61,309 nt of DNA from Chthoniobacteraceae bacterium (GTDB lineage: Bacteria > Verrucomicrobiota > Verrucomicrobiia > Chthoniobacterales > Chthoniobacteraceae), in contig JBEBGD010000023.1 in assembly GCA_040081625.1 (NCBI GenBank), forward strand, positions 1-61,309. The letters are read 5' to 3'. The notes under the pieces were generated by a model. The model was not told where the DNA came from and ran no database searches. It saw nothing but the letters and a program-made list of their open reading frames with translations. Both the position numbers and the translations under genes were made by a program. Shown one piece after another: positions 1 through 9,928 of this stretch (positions within the stretch are counted from its first letter, which is position 1; every line of letters starts with the position of its first letter).

Positions 1-276
1 GTCGGGCGGCGTTGTCGCAGGCGGATGTGGCTGCGCGTGAGGCTGCGGTCGGGCGGCGTTGTCGCGGGCGGGATGGGGTTGCACGTGAGGCTGCGGTCGG
101 GCGGCGTTGTCGCGGGCGGATGTGGCTGCGTGTGAGGCTGCGGTCGGCGGAGTGGTTGCGGAGGGATGTGGCTGCGCGTGAGGCTGCGGTCGGGCGGCGT
201 TGTCGTGGGCGGATTGGGCTGCGCGTGAGGCTGCGGTGGACGGCGTCTCTGCGATGGAAAAAGAGCCTGTGAGGCT
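1..276. repeat. Tandem repeat, 46-48 bp unit, five copies plus one degenerate copy; probably runs off the window start
   Basis: Units start at 1, 48, 96, 143, 189 and (degenerate) 236; consensus GTCGGGCGGCGTTGTCGCGGGCGGATGTGGCTGCGCGTGAGGCTGCG. Confidence 0.9.
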
Positions 277-310
277 TATCGTCCTCTTCCGCCACGCACG
301 CCGCCGCCGC

Positions 311-945
311 GCCGCGTTAGCGGCAGCCCGAGCATAGCCCGGCGATTCATCGCCGGGATAAGCATCGCCTCCCGGCGCCGCGTCGCGTAGCGACGGCTGA
401 CGCGATGGCCAACACCTATACCTCCCTCAACTACCACATCGTCTTCAGCACGAAGCGTCGTGAGCCGTGGCTGACCGAACCGATTCGCGAACGCCTCTGG
501 CCCTACCTCGGAGGCATCGCTCGCGAGAATGGAATGTCGGCGCTGGAGGTCGGCGGAGTCGCCGATCACGTGCATATCCTTCTCTCGGCTCCGGCGGTCA
601 TCGCCGTCGCAAAGGCCGTGCAACTCATCAAGGGAGGCTCGTCTCATTGGATCAAGGACGTCTTCCCCGAACTCGCCGAGTTTGCATGGCAGGATGGATA
701 TGGCGCGTTCTCCGTCAGCCATTCGCAGCTCGATGCCGTGCGCGATTACATCCGCGAGCAGCCGGATCATCACCGGACGCGGACGTTCGCGGAGGAATAC
801 CGCGCGTTTCTCGAACGGCACGAGGTCGGATTCGACGAGCGGTATTTGCTGGATTGAGATCAGCCGTCGCTACGCGACGTGCCCGCTCGCGCGGGGAATT
901 CCCCGCGCTGAAGCGCGGGGCTATTTTCGAGCGCGGCTACGCGGC
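311..945. mobile_element. IS200/IS605-like (REPtron-like) element with inverted palindromic ends
   Basis: Perfect 20-bp inverted repeat CGTCGCGTAGCGACGGCTGA (381-400) / TCAGCCGTCGCTACGCGACG (860-879), plus mirrored hairpins at 334-357 and 901-924, around a Y1 transposase gene. Confidence 0.75.
405..857 (+). CDS. tnpA: IS200/IS605 family Y1 (HUH) transposase
   Basis: YHIVFSTKRR N-terminus, HUH motif DHVHIL, FAWQDGYGAFSVS and catalytic Tyr in VRDYIREQ. Confidence 0.92.
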   Translation: MANTYTSLNYHIVFSTKRREPWLTEPIRERLWPYLGGIARENGMSALEVGGVADHVHILLSAPAVIAVAKAVQLIKGGSSHWIKDVFPELAEFAWQDGYGAFSVSHSQLDAVRDYIREQPDHHRTRTFAEEYRAFLERHEVGFDERYLLD

Positions 946-1021
946 TGGCGCTGTGATGGGCGATTGAGATGCCCGTTTGCAATACGCGCTGGCGAATTCC
1001 ACACGCTCGTCCGCACGCTGC

Positions 1022-1981
1022 TCACTCCTCGAACTTCAGCTTCCGCGTGTCGCACTCGTTCCCCGTCGGGATCGTGAGCGGCGTGTAGAGCTCGGGGCGG
1101 CGGGCTCGCAGCCATTTCCGGCCGGTGCAGCCTTCGAAGAGCGCGGGGTCGAGCTCCGCCATCACCATCGCGTCTGCGGCGGCGCACGTCTCGGCGAGGA
1201 TGCGGCCGTAACAGTCGAGGATCATCGCGTTGCCGGTGCGGATCTCGTCGTCGTCGATGCCGACGCCATTGCTGAAGATGAGGAAGAGCCCGTTGTCGTG
1301 CGCGCGGCTGGGCAGCCAGCGCATCAGCCAGCCGCGGCCCTTGTCGCCGCGCAGCTCGCGCTCGATCGCCCCGGGATCGGCGAGCCGCGCGTCCCACACG
1401 CCGCGCTCGATCAGGCCCATGTGATGCGGGTTCTTGCTGCGAACCGCGCCGGTCTGGTGCGGCGCGAGGAGCACGTCCGCGCCGCGTAGCGCAGTGATGC
1501 GGACGTTTTCGACGATGTTGCAGTCGTAGCAGATGAGCAGCCCGCAGCGCCAGCCCTCGGGCAGGTCGAAGACGGTGAACTCATCGCCGCTGCGCACCGC
1601 GGTGTGCTCGAACGCGTGCAGCTTGCGGTGTCGGTGCAGCGTGCCGTCGGGCAGCGCGACGACGTAGGTATTGTGAAAGACGCCGCCGCCCGCGTCCTCG
1701 AAAAGCCCCGCGCCGATCGTGATGCCGTGCTGCTTCGCGAGCGCCGCGAGCCGCTGCGTGCTCGCGCCATCCGGCACACGCTCGGCGAGCGCGGCGAGTT
1801 GCTCGACGGTGAGATTCCGCACGAACCAATACCCGGCGATGCACCCTTCCGGAAACAGCACCAGTCGCGCGCCGCGCGCCGCAGCCTCAGCGGTGAAGCG
1901 CTCGATCTTCGCGAAGTTCGCCTCCTTGTCCCCCGCCGCGCTTTCCATCTGCACTGAGGCGACACGCAGCGTGGACTTCAC
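1022..1981 (-). CDS. Nitrilase / carbon-nitrogen hydrolase family protein
   Basis: Glu-Lys-Cys triad motifs LFPEG, HRKLH and ICYD; C-terminal RARRPELY. Confidence 0.9.
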   Translation of the reverse strand: MKSTLRVASVQMESAAGDKEANFAKIERFTAEAAARGARLVLFPEGCIAGYWFVRNLTVEQLAALAERVPDGASTQRLAALAKQHGITIGAGLFEDAGGGVFHNTYVVALPDGTLHRHRKLHAFEHTAVRSGDEFTVFDLPEGWRCGLLICYDCNIVENVRITALRGADVLLAPHQTGAVRSKNPHHMGLIERGVWDARLADPGAIERELRGDKGRGWLMRWLPSRAHDNGLFLIFSNGVGIDDDEIRTGNAMILDCYGRILAETCAAADAMVMAELDPALFEGCTGRKWLRARRPELYTPLTIPTGNECDTRKLKFEE

Positions 1982-1991
1982 GTGCGGCCCG

Positions 1992-3299
1992 TCAATGCTT
2001 CACGTCGAACTTCCCGTGCAGCATCGCGCTGAGCCGCGTCGCGACGGCTTCGTGACCGAGGCGCTGGAGGACTTCCTCGAGGAAGCCGTGGACGATGAGG
2101 CGCTGCGCGTCCTTGAGCGGGATGCCGCGGCTGCGCAGGTAGAAGAGTTCCTCGCCTTCGATCTGGCCGCTGGTCGCGCCGTGCGTGCAGCGGACGTCGT
2201 CGGCTTCGATCTCGAGGCCGGGCATCGAGTTCGCCTCGGCTTCGTCGCTGAGCAGGAGGTTGCGGACTTTTTGATACGCGTCGGTCTTGTGCGCGCCAGG
2301 CGAGACGCGGATGAGGCCGGAGAAGACGGTGCGCGCCGCGTCGTCGAGCGCGTTCTTGTAGAGCAGGTCGCTCGCGGTGTTTGGCGCTTCGTGGATCTGA
2401 AAGGTGCGCTGGTCGATCTCCTGCGCGTCCTCGGCGACGGTGACGGCGAGCATGTCGCTGCGTCCGCCGGGCGCGCGCAGGTGGCTGACGCTCTCGCTGC
2501 GGGCGTAGCGGCTGCCGAGATTCACGGTGAGCGCCTTCGCGGTGGCGTCGCGGCCCACGACGGTGGAGTTGATCTGCACGGCGAGCGTGTGCGCGCTCCA
2601 ATTCTGCGCGCAGACGTAGGTGACTTGCGCGCCGTCGCCGAGCCAGAGGTCGTTGACGCCGCACGCGAAGCCGGGCGCGTTTTCCGCGCTCTCGAAGTAA
2701 TCGACGAAGGTCACTTTGCTCTGCGCTTCGGCGACGATGAGCGTGTGGGGGAAGACGCTGCCGCCTTCGCCGGTGAGCCAGTGGAAGGCTTCGATGGGCA
2801 GGTCGATTTCCACGCCGCGCGGGATGTAGAGGAAGGTGCCGGCGCGCGCCTGCGAGGCGTGGAGCGCGGCGAATTTCGCGCCGCCGAGGATGGCGCCTTC
2901 GCGCATGAAACGGCTGTGGAAGAGCTCGCTGTGATCGCGCATCGCTTCGTCGAGCGGGAGCCACAGCACGCCGCGCTGGCGCAGTGTGTCGGCGAGGACT
3001 TCGCGGGCGAGCAGCGCGTCGTTTGCGAAGACCATGCGGCCCGCGCTCGCGGCGAGGCCGGTGGAGCGGGCGAGGAGGTCGTCGCGGGTGGCGTCGTCGA
3101 ACGCCTGCGGAGCGGTGTAGGGCGAGAGGTCGAGCGCCTTGATGCTGGAGAAGCGCCAGTGCTCGTCGGTGCGCGCGGGCGGCGGGAGCGATTGGAATTT
3201 CTCCCACGCCTCCGCGTGTGCGTCGCTGAGCGGGCCGGCGTCGAGCAGACGCGTGGCGGTGGTGGGTGAGGCTTCGATTTCCAAGACTGCGGGCGTCAT
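1992..3299 (-). CDS. sufD: Fe-S cluster assembly protein SufD
   Basis: EHWRF, PGLEIEADDVRCTHGATSG, FYLRSRGI; directly downstream of sufB. Confidence 0.93.
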   Translation of the reverse strand: MTPAVLEIEASPTTATRLLDAGPLSDAHAEAWEKFQSLPPPARTDEHWRFSSIKALDLSPYTAPQAFDDATRDDLLARSTGLAASAGRMVFANDALLAREVLADTLRQRGVLWLPLDEAMRDHSELFHSRFMREGAILGGAKFAALHASQARAGTFLYIPRGVEIDLPIEAFHWLTGEGGSVFPHTLIVAEAQSKVTFVDYFESAENAPGFACGVNDLWLGDGAQVTYVCAQNWSAHTLAVQINSTVVGRDATAKALTVNLGSRYARSESVSHLRAPGGRSDMLAVTVAEDAQEIDQRTFQIHEAPNTASDLLYKNALDDAARTVFSGLIRVSPGAHKTDAYQKVRNLLLSDEAEANSMPGLEIEADDVRCTHGATSGQIEGEELFYLRSRGIPLKDAQRLIVHGFLEEVLQRLGHEAVATRLSAMLHGKFDVKH

Positions 3300-3302
3300 G
3301 AC

Positions 3303-4706
3303 TTAACCGACTGAACCTTCCATTTCGAGATCGATGAGCCGCTTGAGCTCGACGCTGTATTCCATCGGAAACTGGCGGACGAGGTCGTTGACGAATCCGT
3401 TCACGCTGAGGCTCATCGCCTGCGCTTCGGTGAGGCCGCGCGACATCATGTAGAAGATTTGCTCGGCGCTGATTTGCGAGACGCTGGCTTCGTGCTGCGA
3501 GGAGTTGCCGGTGCCGCGCACGGTGATGGCGGGATACGTGTCGGTGCGCGCGGTGGAGTTGATGAGCAGCGCGTCGCACTCGGTGTTGTTCTTGCAGCCC
3601 TTGAGGTGCTTCGGCACGTGGACGAGGCCGCGATACGTCGCGCGGCCGGTGCCGACGCTGATGCTCTTGCTGACGATGTTCGAGGTCGTGTCGTCGGCGG
3701 CGTGGACCATTTTTGCGCCGGTGTCCTGATGCTGGCCGTCGCTGGCGAGCGCGATGGAGACGACTTCGCCGCGCGCCTTGCGGCCTTTCAGAATCACGCC
3801 GGGATATTTCATCGTGAGGCGGCTGCCGATGTTGCAATCGATCCATTTCACCTCGGCTTCCTCGTGCGCGACGGCGCGCTTGGTGACGAGGTTGAAGACG
3901 TTCGCGCTCCAGTTCTGGACGGTGATGTATTGGATCTTCGCGCCCTTGAGGGCGACGAGTTCGACGACGGCGCTGTGCAGCGTGGCGGTCTCGAACTTCG
4001 GCGCGGTGCAGCCTTCCATATAGACGACTTCGCTGCCTTCGTCGGCGATGATGAGCGTGCGCTCGAACTGGCCGAAGTTCTCCGCGTTGATGCGGAAGTA
4101 GGCTTGCAGCGGATGCTTCACTTTCACTCCCGGCGGCACGTAGATGAATGAGCCGCCGCTGAAGACCGCGCTGTTGAGTGCGCTGAATTTGTTGTCGCCA
4201 GTCGGGATGACTTTGCCGAAGAACTTGCGGAAGATTTCCGGGTGCTCCTTCAGGCCTTCGGTCGAGCCGCAGAAGATCACGCCTTGCTCGCCGACCGCGG
4301 CTTTGATGTTGGAATAGACAGCCTCGCTGTCGAACTGCGCCTCGACGCCGGCGAGGAATCGGCGCTCCTGCTCGGGGATGCCGAGCCGCTCGAAGGTGCG
4401 CTTCTCGTCTTCGCTCACGTCGTCCCACGAGCGCTTCGGCTTCTGCGCATTGGCGAGGTAGTAGCGGATGTTGTTGAAGACGATGTTTTCCAAATCATGC
4501 GACGCCCAGTGCGTCGGCATCGGCTTGGCGAGGAAAACGTCGAGCGCCTTGTGGCGGAATTCGCGGATCCAATCCGGCTCGCCCTTCACGCCGGAAATGT
4601 AGTCGATTGTATCGTGCGAGAGGCCGGTGCCGGCGCTGAATTGATGCTGCTCGGGATACGAAAAATCGCCGCGTGTGCGGTCGATGTCGAGTGTGTCGGT
4701 GCTCAT
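3303..4706 (-). CDS. sufB: Fe-S cluster assembly protein SufB
   Basis: [38 protein letters not shown]. Confidence 0.97.
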   Translation of the reverse strand: MSTDTLDIDRTRGDFSYPEQHQFSAGTGLSHDTIDYISGVKGEPDWIREFRHKALDVFLAKPMPTHWASHDLENIVFNNIRYYLANAQKPKRSWDDVSEDEKRTFERLGIPEQERRFLAGVEAQFDSEAVYSNIKAAVGEQGVIFCGSTEGLKEHPEIFRKFFGKVIPTGDNKFSALNSAVFSGGSFIYVPPGVKVKHPLQAYFRINAENFGQFERTLIIADEGSEVVYMEGCTAPKFETATLHSAVVELVALKGAKIQYITVQNWSANVFNLVTKRAVAHEEAEVKWIDCNIGSRLTMKYPGVILKGRKARGEVVSIALASDGQHQDTGAKMVHAADDTTSNIVSKSISVGTGRATYRGLVHVPKHLKGCKNNTECDALLINSTARTDTYPAITVRGTGNSSQHEASVSQISAEQIFYMMSRGLTEAQAMSLSVNGFVNDLVRQFPMEYSVELKRLIDLEMEGSVG

Positions 4707-4709
4707 GGT

Positions 4710-5465
4710 TCAGGCGGTGGTGAGTGATTCCTTGATGAAGTCGTAGCCCTTCGCTTCGAGTTCGAACGCGAGTTCCTTGCCGCCGGTGCGGACGATGCGG
4801 CCGTCCATCATCACGTGGACGACGTCGGGCACGATGTAGTCGAGCAGGCGCTGGTAGTGCGTGATGACGAGCACGCCGATGCCCGGCCCGCGCTGCGCGT
4901 TCACGCCCGCGGAGACGATCTTGAGCGCGTCGATGTCGAGGCCGGAATCGGTCTCGTCGAGGATGGCGTAGCGCGGCTTGAGCATGGCCATCTGGAGGAT
5001 TTCGTTGCGCTTCTTCTCGCCGCCGGAGAAGCCCTCATTGACCGAGCGAGCGGTGAAGGAGCGGCTCATCTCGAGCTTGTCCATCTCCTCGTAGAGCTGC
5101 TGATAGAAGTCCGTCGCCTCGAGCTCCTCGCCGTCGGGCAGCCGCGCCTGGAGCGCCGCGCGGATGAAGTTCGCGTTCGAGACGCCCGGGATTTCCATCG
5201 GATATTGGAAGGCGAGGAAAAGCCCGGCGCGGGCGCGCGCGTCGGCTTCCATTTCGAGAAGATTCACGCCGTCGAGCAGCACCGTGCCGCTGGTGATCTT
5301 GTAATCCGGATGCCCGCCGACCGCCTTGCTCAGCGTCGATTTGCCGGAGCCGTTCGGCCCCATGATCGCGTGGACTTCGCCGCGCGGCACCGTGAGCGAA
5401 AAGCCGCGGATGATTTCCTTCTCCCCGATGGAGACGTGCAGGTCTTGGATTACGAGTTGGTTCAT
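4710..5465 (-). CDS. sufC: Fe-S cluster assembly ATPase SufC
   Basis: [43 protein letters not shown]; start set at the ATG overlapping the Fur-family gene stop (ATGA). Confidence 0.96.
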   Translation of the reverse strand: MNQLVIQDLHVSIGEKEIIRGFSLTVPRGEVHAIMGPNGSGKSTLSKAVGGHPDYKITSGTVLLDGVNLLEMEADARARAGLFLAFQYPMEIPGVSNANFIRAALQARLPDGEELEATDFYQQLYEEMDKLEMSRSFTARSVNEGFSGGEKKRNEILQMAMLKPRYAILDETDSGLDIDALKIVSAGVNAQRGPGIGVLVITHYQRLLDYIVPDVVHVMMDGRIVRTGGKELAFELEAKGYDFIKESLTTA

Positions 5466-5914
5466 TTGGAAAGTTTGGTTGCGCACTTCGGACACACGCC
5501 CCGGAAGGCGACCTCCTGGCCGGTGATGGCGAGTTGCTCGGGCAGGTCGAAGGCATCCGCGACGTGTCGGCGGGCGCGCAGCGGCAGGTCGAGCACGGTG
5601 CCGCACTGCTCGCAGTGGAAATGGGCGTGCTCGGAGAGATTCGGGCAAAAGCGAGCGGGACCGCGATCGAGGTTCACCGTCTTCACCAGCCCGCAGCCGG
5701 TCAGCGTCTCGAGGCAATTATAGACGGTCGCGAGCGAGATGCCGGGCATCGTTTCGCGCACGCGGGTGAAGACATCCACCGCGGTCGGGTGATCGCGCTC
5801 GGCCATCAGGGCGTCATACACCGCACGGCGTTGATCGGTCATGCGAAGCCCCGCGCCGTGGATGGTCTCCTCGGCGGAAGGCGATGCCGGATTTTGGGTC
5901 GCGCGCGGTTTCAT
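5462..5914 (-). CDS. Fur family transcriptional regulator (PerR/Irr-like)
   Basis: [39 protein letters not shown]. Confidence 0.92.
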   Translation of the reverse strand: MKPRATQNPASPSAEETIHGAGLRMTDQRRAVYDALMAERDHPTAVDVFTRVRETMPGISLATVYNCLETLTGCGLVKTVNLDRGPARFCPNLSEHAHFHCEQCGTVLDLPLRARRHVADAFDLPEQLAITGQEVAFRGVCPKCATKLSK

Positions 5915-5949
5915 GGGCTCCCTTAGTCCTTAGCCCTCGCCCCTCCCTT

Positions 5950-5972
5950 GTCTAGAATTATTCCAATTAGAC
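5950..5972. promoter_or_regulatory. Putative Fur-family operator (ICE/Per-box-like)
   Basis: AT-rich imperfect palindrome TCTAGAATTATTCCAAT (5951-5967) inside GTCTA...TAGAC, about 35 bp upstream of the regulator start. Confidence 0.6.
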
Positions 5973-6169
5973 CCCGCGAGCCGCCGGACCCAGCGGCGGA
6001 TTGAACGAGAGACGCCCCGGAATACATCGCCGCGCCGTGGGCCACCCATCCGTGTAGGCGGCGTGCGCGGCCTAATAGCGGACAGACGGGCGGATTGAGC
6101 AGGCTGGAGCGCGCCGTGCTCTCCGCCCACTTAATCCAAACGCTAGACCATCAACCGACCCAATCCATC

Positions 6170-7504
6170 ATGAGCGATATCCAACCTGTCACTTGGTTTG
6201 AAGACCCCGCGCACTTCCGCAAGGTTGCGCGCCGCGAATTCATTTTCACCGGCCTCCTCGGCGGCCTCGGCCTCTCGATGGGCGAACTTTTCAAGCTCCG
6301 CGCGGAGCAGGCCATCGGGGGCAAAGCCATCCAGGCCAAGGCTGAGGCGTGCATCCACATCTACCTGCCGGGCGGTTGCGCGGCGCAGGAGACCTGGGAT
6401 CCGAAGCCGTTCGCACCGATCGAGTATCGCGGGCCGCTGGGCACCGTGGATACGAATGTGCCGGGCGTGAAGTTTTCCCAATACATGCAGAACACGGCGA
6501 AGATCGCCGACAAGATCACCGTGGTGCGCTCGATGACCCACGGCGAAGCGGCGCACGAGCGCGGCACGCACAACATGTTCACCGGCTACCGCCCGTCGCC
6601 GGCGATCAAGTATCCGTCGTTTGGGTCGATCATCTCGCACGAGAAGGGCTCGCGGAACAACCTGCCGCCTTATGTCTGCGTGCCGAGCGTGCCGAATGAA
6701 TTCGCAGCCACCGGTTATCTCTCCACGGCTTACGGGCCGTTCAGCCTCGGGGCCGATCCGGCGACCAAGGGCTTCAGTGTGCGCGACCTGAACATGAATG
6801 CGTCGCTGACGCCGGCGCGTTTCGACCGCCGCCGCACGATCCTCAACACGGTGGACGAGCATTTCCGCACGGTGGAAAAGAGCGACTCGATCAGCGCGAT
6901 GGATAGCTTTTACCAGAGCGCCTACGCACTGGTGTCATCGCCCAAGGCACGCGAGGCCTTCAACCTCGAGGCCGAACCGCAGAAGATCCGCGATGAATAC
7001 GGCGCCGGTCAGGCCGGTCAGCGGATGCTCATGGCGCGTCGCCTCGTCGAGAGCGGAGTGCGCTTTGTTTCGATGACCTATGGCGGCTGGGACATGCACG
7101 CGAACATCGCGCGCAGCATGGAGCGGACGCTCCCCGACTTCGACAAGGCCTACGCTGCCCTCATCCGCGATCTCGATCGCCGTGGGATGCTCGACAAGAC
7201 GCTCGTCATGGTCAGCTCGGAGTTCGGCCGCACGCCGAAGATCAACAACCAGGCGGGCCGCGACCACTGGCCGAAAGTCTTCTCGGTCGCCTTCGCCGGC
7301 GGCGGGTTCAAGGGCGGCTACGTCCACGGCTCCAGCGATGCGACCGGCACCGAGCCGGAGAACGATCCGCTCACGGTCGAGAACATGGCCAGCACCGTCT
7401 ATAACCAGCTCGGCATCGACGGGGACAAGCGCCTGATGGCGCCCGGCAGCCGGCCGATCGACATCGTGCGCGGCGGCGAAGTCGTGAAGGAACTGCTCGC
7501 TTAA
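6170..7504 (+). CDS. DUF1501 domain-containing protein
   Basis: RREF Tat-like motif, IYLPGG..QETWDPKP, ARRLVESGVRFV, GWDMH, SEFGRTPKIN, GRDHW. Confidence 0.92.
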   Translation: MSDIQPVTWFEDPAHFRKVARREFIFTGLLGGLGLSMGELFKLRAEQAIGGKAIQAKAEACIHIYLPGGCAAQETWDPKPFAPIEYRGPLGTVDTNVPGVKFSQYMQNTAKIADKITVVRSMTHGEAAHERGTHNMFTGYRPSPAIKYPSFGSIISHEKGSRNNLPPYVCVPSVPNEFAATGYLSTAYGPFSLGADPATKGFSVRDLNMNASLTPARFDRRRTILNTVDEHFRTVEKSDSISAMDSFYQSAYALVSSPKAREAFNLEAEPQKIRDEYGAGQAGQRMLMARRLVESGVRFVSMTYGGWDMHANIARSMERTLPDFDKAYAALIRDLDRRGMLDKTLVMVSSEFGRTPKINNQAGRDHWPKVFSVAFAGGGFKGGYVHGSSDATGTEPENDPLTVENMASTVYNQLGIDGDKRLMAPGSRPIDIVRGGEVVKELLA

Positions 7505-7527
7505 GCCTCCATCATCCTAAATCCCTT

Positions 7528-7590
7528 TGAGGGCACAGCGGACATCGGAGAAGCGAAAGCGTTCTTCGGGTTCCTGTGCCCTCACTTTTT
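7528..7590 (+). terminator. Long stem-loop followed by a T tract (terminator/attenuator-like)
   Basis: TGAGGGCACAG (7528-7538) pairs with CTGTGCCCTCA (7574-7584); inner stem capped by GAAA; TTTTT at 7586-7590. Confidence 0.55.
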
Positions 7591-7597
7591 CCAACGT

Positions 7598-9916
7598 ATG
7601 AAATCGATCCTCCTCCTCTCACTCTCCACGATCCTGCTCCCGGCGGCCCTGCTGGCCGGGACGCCGCGCCTCTCGCACGTTTCCCCGGCGGCTGGCCAGC
7701 GCGGCACGGAAGTCGAGGTGTCTTTCAGCGGCACCAATCTGGGCGACGCGAATGGACTGCAATTCGACGAGCCCGGGCTGACCTGCGCTGAGATCAAATC
7801 CGAAAACAACCGCGTGAAGGCGAAGATCAAGATCGCGCCGGAAGCAAGGCTCGGGGAACACAACTTCCGCATCATCACGCAGTCGGGCATCAGCGACGTG
7901 CGGCTCTTCTACGTCACGCCCTTTCCGCTGGTCGCCGAGCTGGCGGAAGACAAGGTTGACTCGAAGAAGCCGCAGCCGATTTCCCTCGGCGTGACGGTGA
8001 CGGGCGCCTCGCCGAACGAGGACGAGGACCGCTACGAGGTGGACATGAAGAAAGGCCAGCGCCTCAGCGTGGAATCCATCGGCGCACGCATCCAGACGCA
8101 GAACTTTTTCGACCCGGCTATTGCCGTCCTGAAGGCCGACGGAACGCCGATCATGCAGGGCGATGACGGTGCGTTTAGCCGTCAGGATCCTGTGCTGAGT
8201 CTGATCGTCCCCGAGGACGGCAAATACCTCATCACCATCCGCGACTCGACCAACAGCGGTCCCGGACAGTCTTCCTATCTGCTGAACGTCGGCACCTTCC
8301 CGCGCCCGATCGCGGTCCATCCGGCCGGAGGGATGGCTGGCGAGGAAGTGAAGTTCACCTTCATCGGCGACGCCACCGGGCCGATCCAGCGCACGATCAA
8401 GCTGCCTGATAACCCGGTCGATTTTCATCCGCTCTTCGTCGAAGATGGCCAGCCTGCGCCGCAGCCGATCACGGTGCGCGCCTCGCCCTTCCCAAATGCG
8501 CTCGAGGCCGAGCCGAACGACGCGATCGACAAGGCTACGCCCACCGGCACCGCCATCCCGCTCGCTTGCAACGGCATCATCGAAAAACCAGGAGACGTTG
8601 ACTACTTCAAGGTAAGCGCGAAGAAAGGTGCCGACTACGACATCGCAGTCTATGCCCGCCGGCTGCGTTCCGCGCTGGATCCGGTGGTCGAAGTCTATAA
8701 CGCCAAGGGCAGCCGCCTCGGCACGAACGACGATAGCGGCGATGCTGATAGCTACTTGCGCTGGAAGGCGCCGGACGACGGCGACTACTTCGTCGCGGTG
8801 CGCGATCAGCTCGCGCGCGGAGGCCCGGCCTTCACGTATCGCGTCGAGATCACCAACCTCGCCCCGCGCGTAGCCCTCTACCTGCCGGAGATGACTCAGA
8901 ACCAGAATCAGGACCGCCGCGCCGTGCCGGTGCCGAAGGGCAACCGCTACGCGACGCTCGTGCGCGCCCGGCGCCAGGATGTCGGCGGCGACATGACACT
9001 CCAGCCCGTGGGTCTTCCCGATGGAATTACGGTGAGCGGTGGATTCATGGACAAGGCGGTCGATACCGTCCCGGTCGTCTTCGAGGCCAAAGCCGACGCG
9101 CCAACCGCCGACAAGGCCTTCACCCTCGCCGCGAAATTCGCCGAGCCGGACAAGGCGAACGTGCCCAGCAAGATCGAGCACCTGGTTTACGTCGCCGAGA
9201 ACGGAAATCAGCGTCCCTACTACACCGTCACCGAAGATCGCCTCGCTGCGGCCGTGACCGATGCGGTGCCCGCGAAGATCGAACTGGCGCAGCCCAAGGT
9301 GCCCATCCTTCAAAACGGTGCGATGACGCTCAAAGTCCGCGTCGAGCGCACGGGCGACTTCAAAGGCCCGCTCACGATCGGCCTCCTCTACGCGCCGCCC
9401 GGCATCGGCACGCCCGGGACCGTGCCGATCAAGGAAGGTGAGAACGAAGGATCACTCACCATCAGCGCCAACTCGAACGCGCCGGCTGGCAAATGGAAGA
9501 CCTGCATCGTCGCCTCCGTCGATACCGGCAAAGGCCCGATCTGGATCAGCACGCAACTCATCGAGCTCGAGATCGCGCCGGCACCCGTCGCCGGGAGCAT
9601 CACGCGCACCTTCATCGATCAGGGCGACGAAGGCTCGATGACGCTCAAGCTCGAGCACAAGCAGCCTTTCGAGGGCAAGGCGAAAGTCCAGCTCGTGAGC
9701 CTGCCCAACGGCGTCACCTGCGAAGAGCGCGAGATCACCAAGGACGACAAGGAAGTGCGCTTCAAGCTCAAGGCCGAGCCCAACGCACAGGCCGGCCAGC
9801 ACAAGCAGGTCATCGCGCGGTTCATCCTCGAGAAGGACGGCGAGCCGATGATGTCGAGCATCGCCGGCGGCGGGATCCTGCGCGTGGACAAGGCGACCGT
9901 CGCCGCCGCGAAATAG
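7598..9916 (+). CDS. Secreted PPC-domain protein of DUF1501 clusters
   Basis: Signal peptide, PAAGQRGTEVEV, EAEPND, NGIIEKPGDVDYF, two PPC-like repeats. Confidence 0.8.
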   Translation: MKSILLLSLSTILLPAALLAGTPRLSHVSPAAGQRGTEVEVSFSGTNLGDANGLQFDEPGLTCAEIKSENNRVKAKIKIAPEARLGEHNFRIITQSGISDVRLFYVTPFPLVAELAEDKVDSKKPQPISLGVTVTGASPNEDEDRYEVDMKKGQRLSVESIGARIQTQNFFDPAIAVLKADGTPIMQGDDGAFSRQDPVLSLIVPEDGKYLITIRDSTNSGPGQSSYLLNVGTFPRPIAVHPAGGMAGEEVKFTFIGDATGPIQRTIKLPDNPVDFHPLFVEDGQPAPQPITVRASPFPNALEAEPNDAIDKATPTGTAIPLACNGIIEKPGDVDYFKVSAKKGADYDIAVYARRLRSALDPVVEVYNAKGSRLGTNDDSGDADSYLRWKAPDDGDYFVAVRDQLARGGPAFTYRVEITNLAPRVALYLPEMTQNQNQDRRAVPVPKGNRYATLVRARRQDVGGDMTLQPVGLPDGITVSGGFMDKAVDTVPVVFEAKADAPTADKAFTLAAKFAEPDKANVPSKIEHLVYVAENGNQRPYYTVTEDRLAAAVTDAVPAKIELAQPKVPILQNGAMTLKVRVERTGDFKGPLTIGLLYAPPGIGTPGTVPIKEGENEGSLTISANSNAPAGKWKTCIVASVDTGKGPIWISTQLIELEIAPAPVAGSITRTFIDQGDEGSMTLKLEHKQPFEGKAKVQLVSLPNGVTCEEREITKDDKEVRFKLKAEPNAQAGQHKQVIARFILEKDGEPMMSSIAGGGILRVDKATVAAAK

Positions 9917-9928
9917 CGCCCGCCGGGC

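Noticed and set aside
1..276. CRISPR array
   Set aside because: Units are similar along their whole length, with no unique spacers, and no cas genes are in the window.
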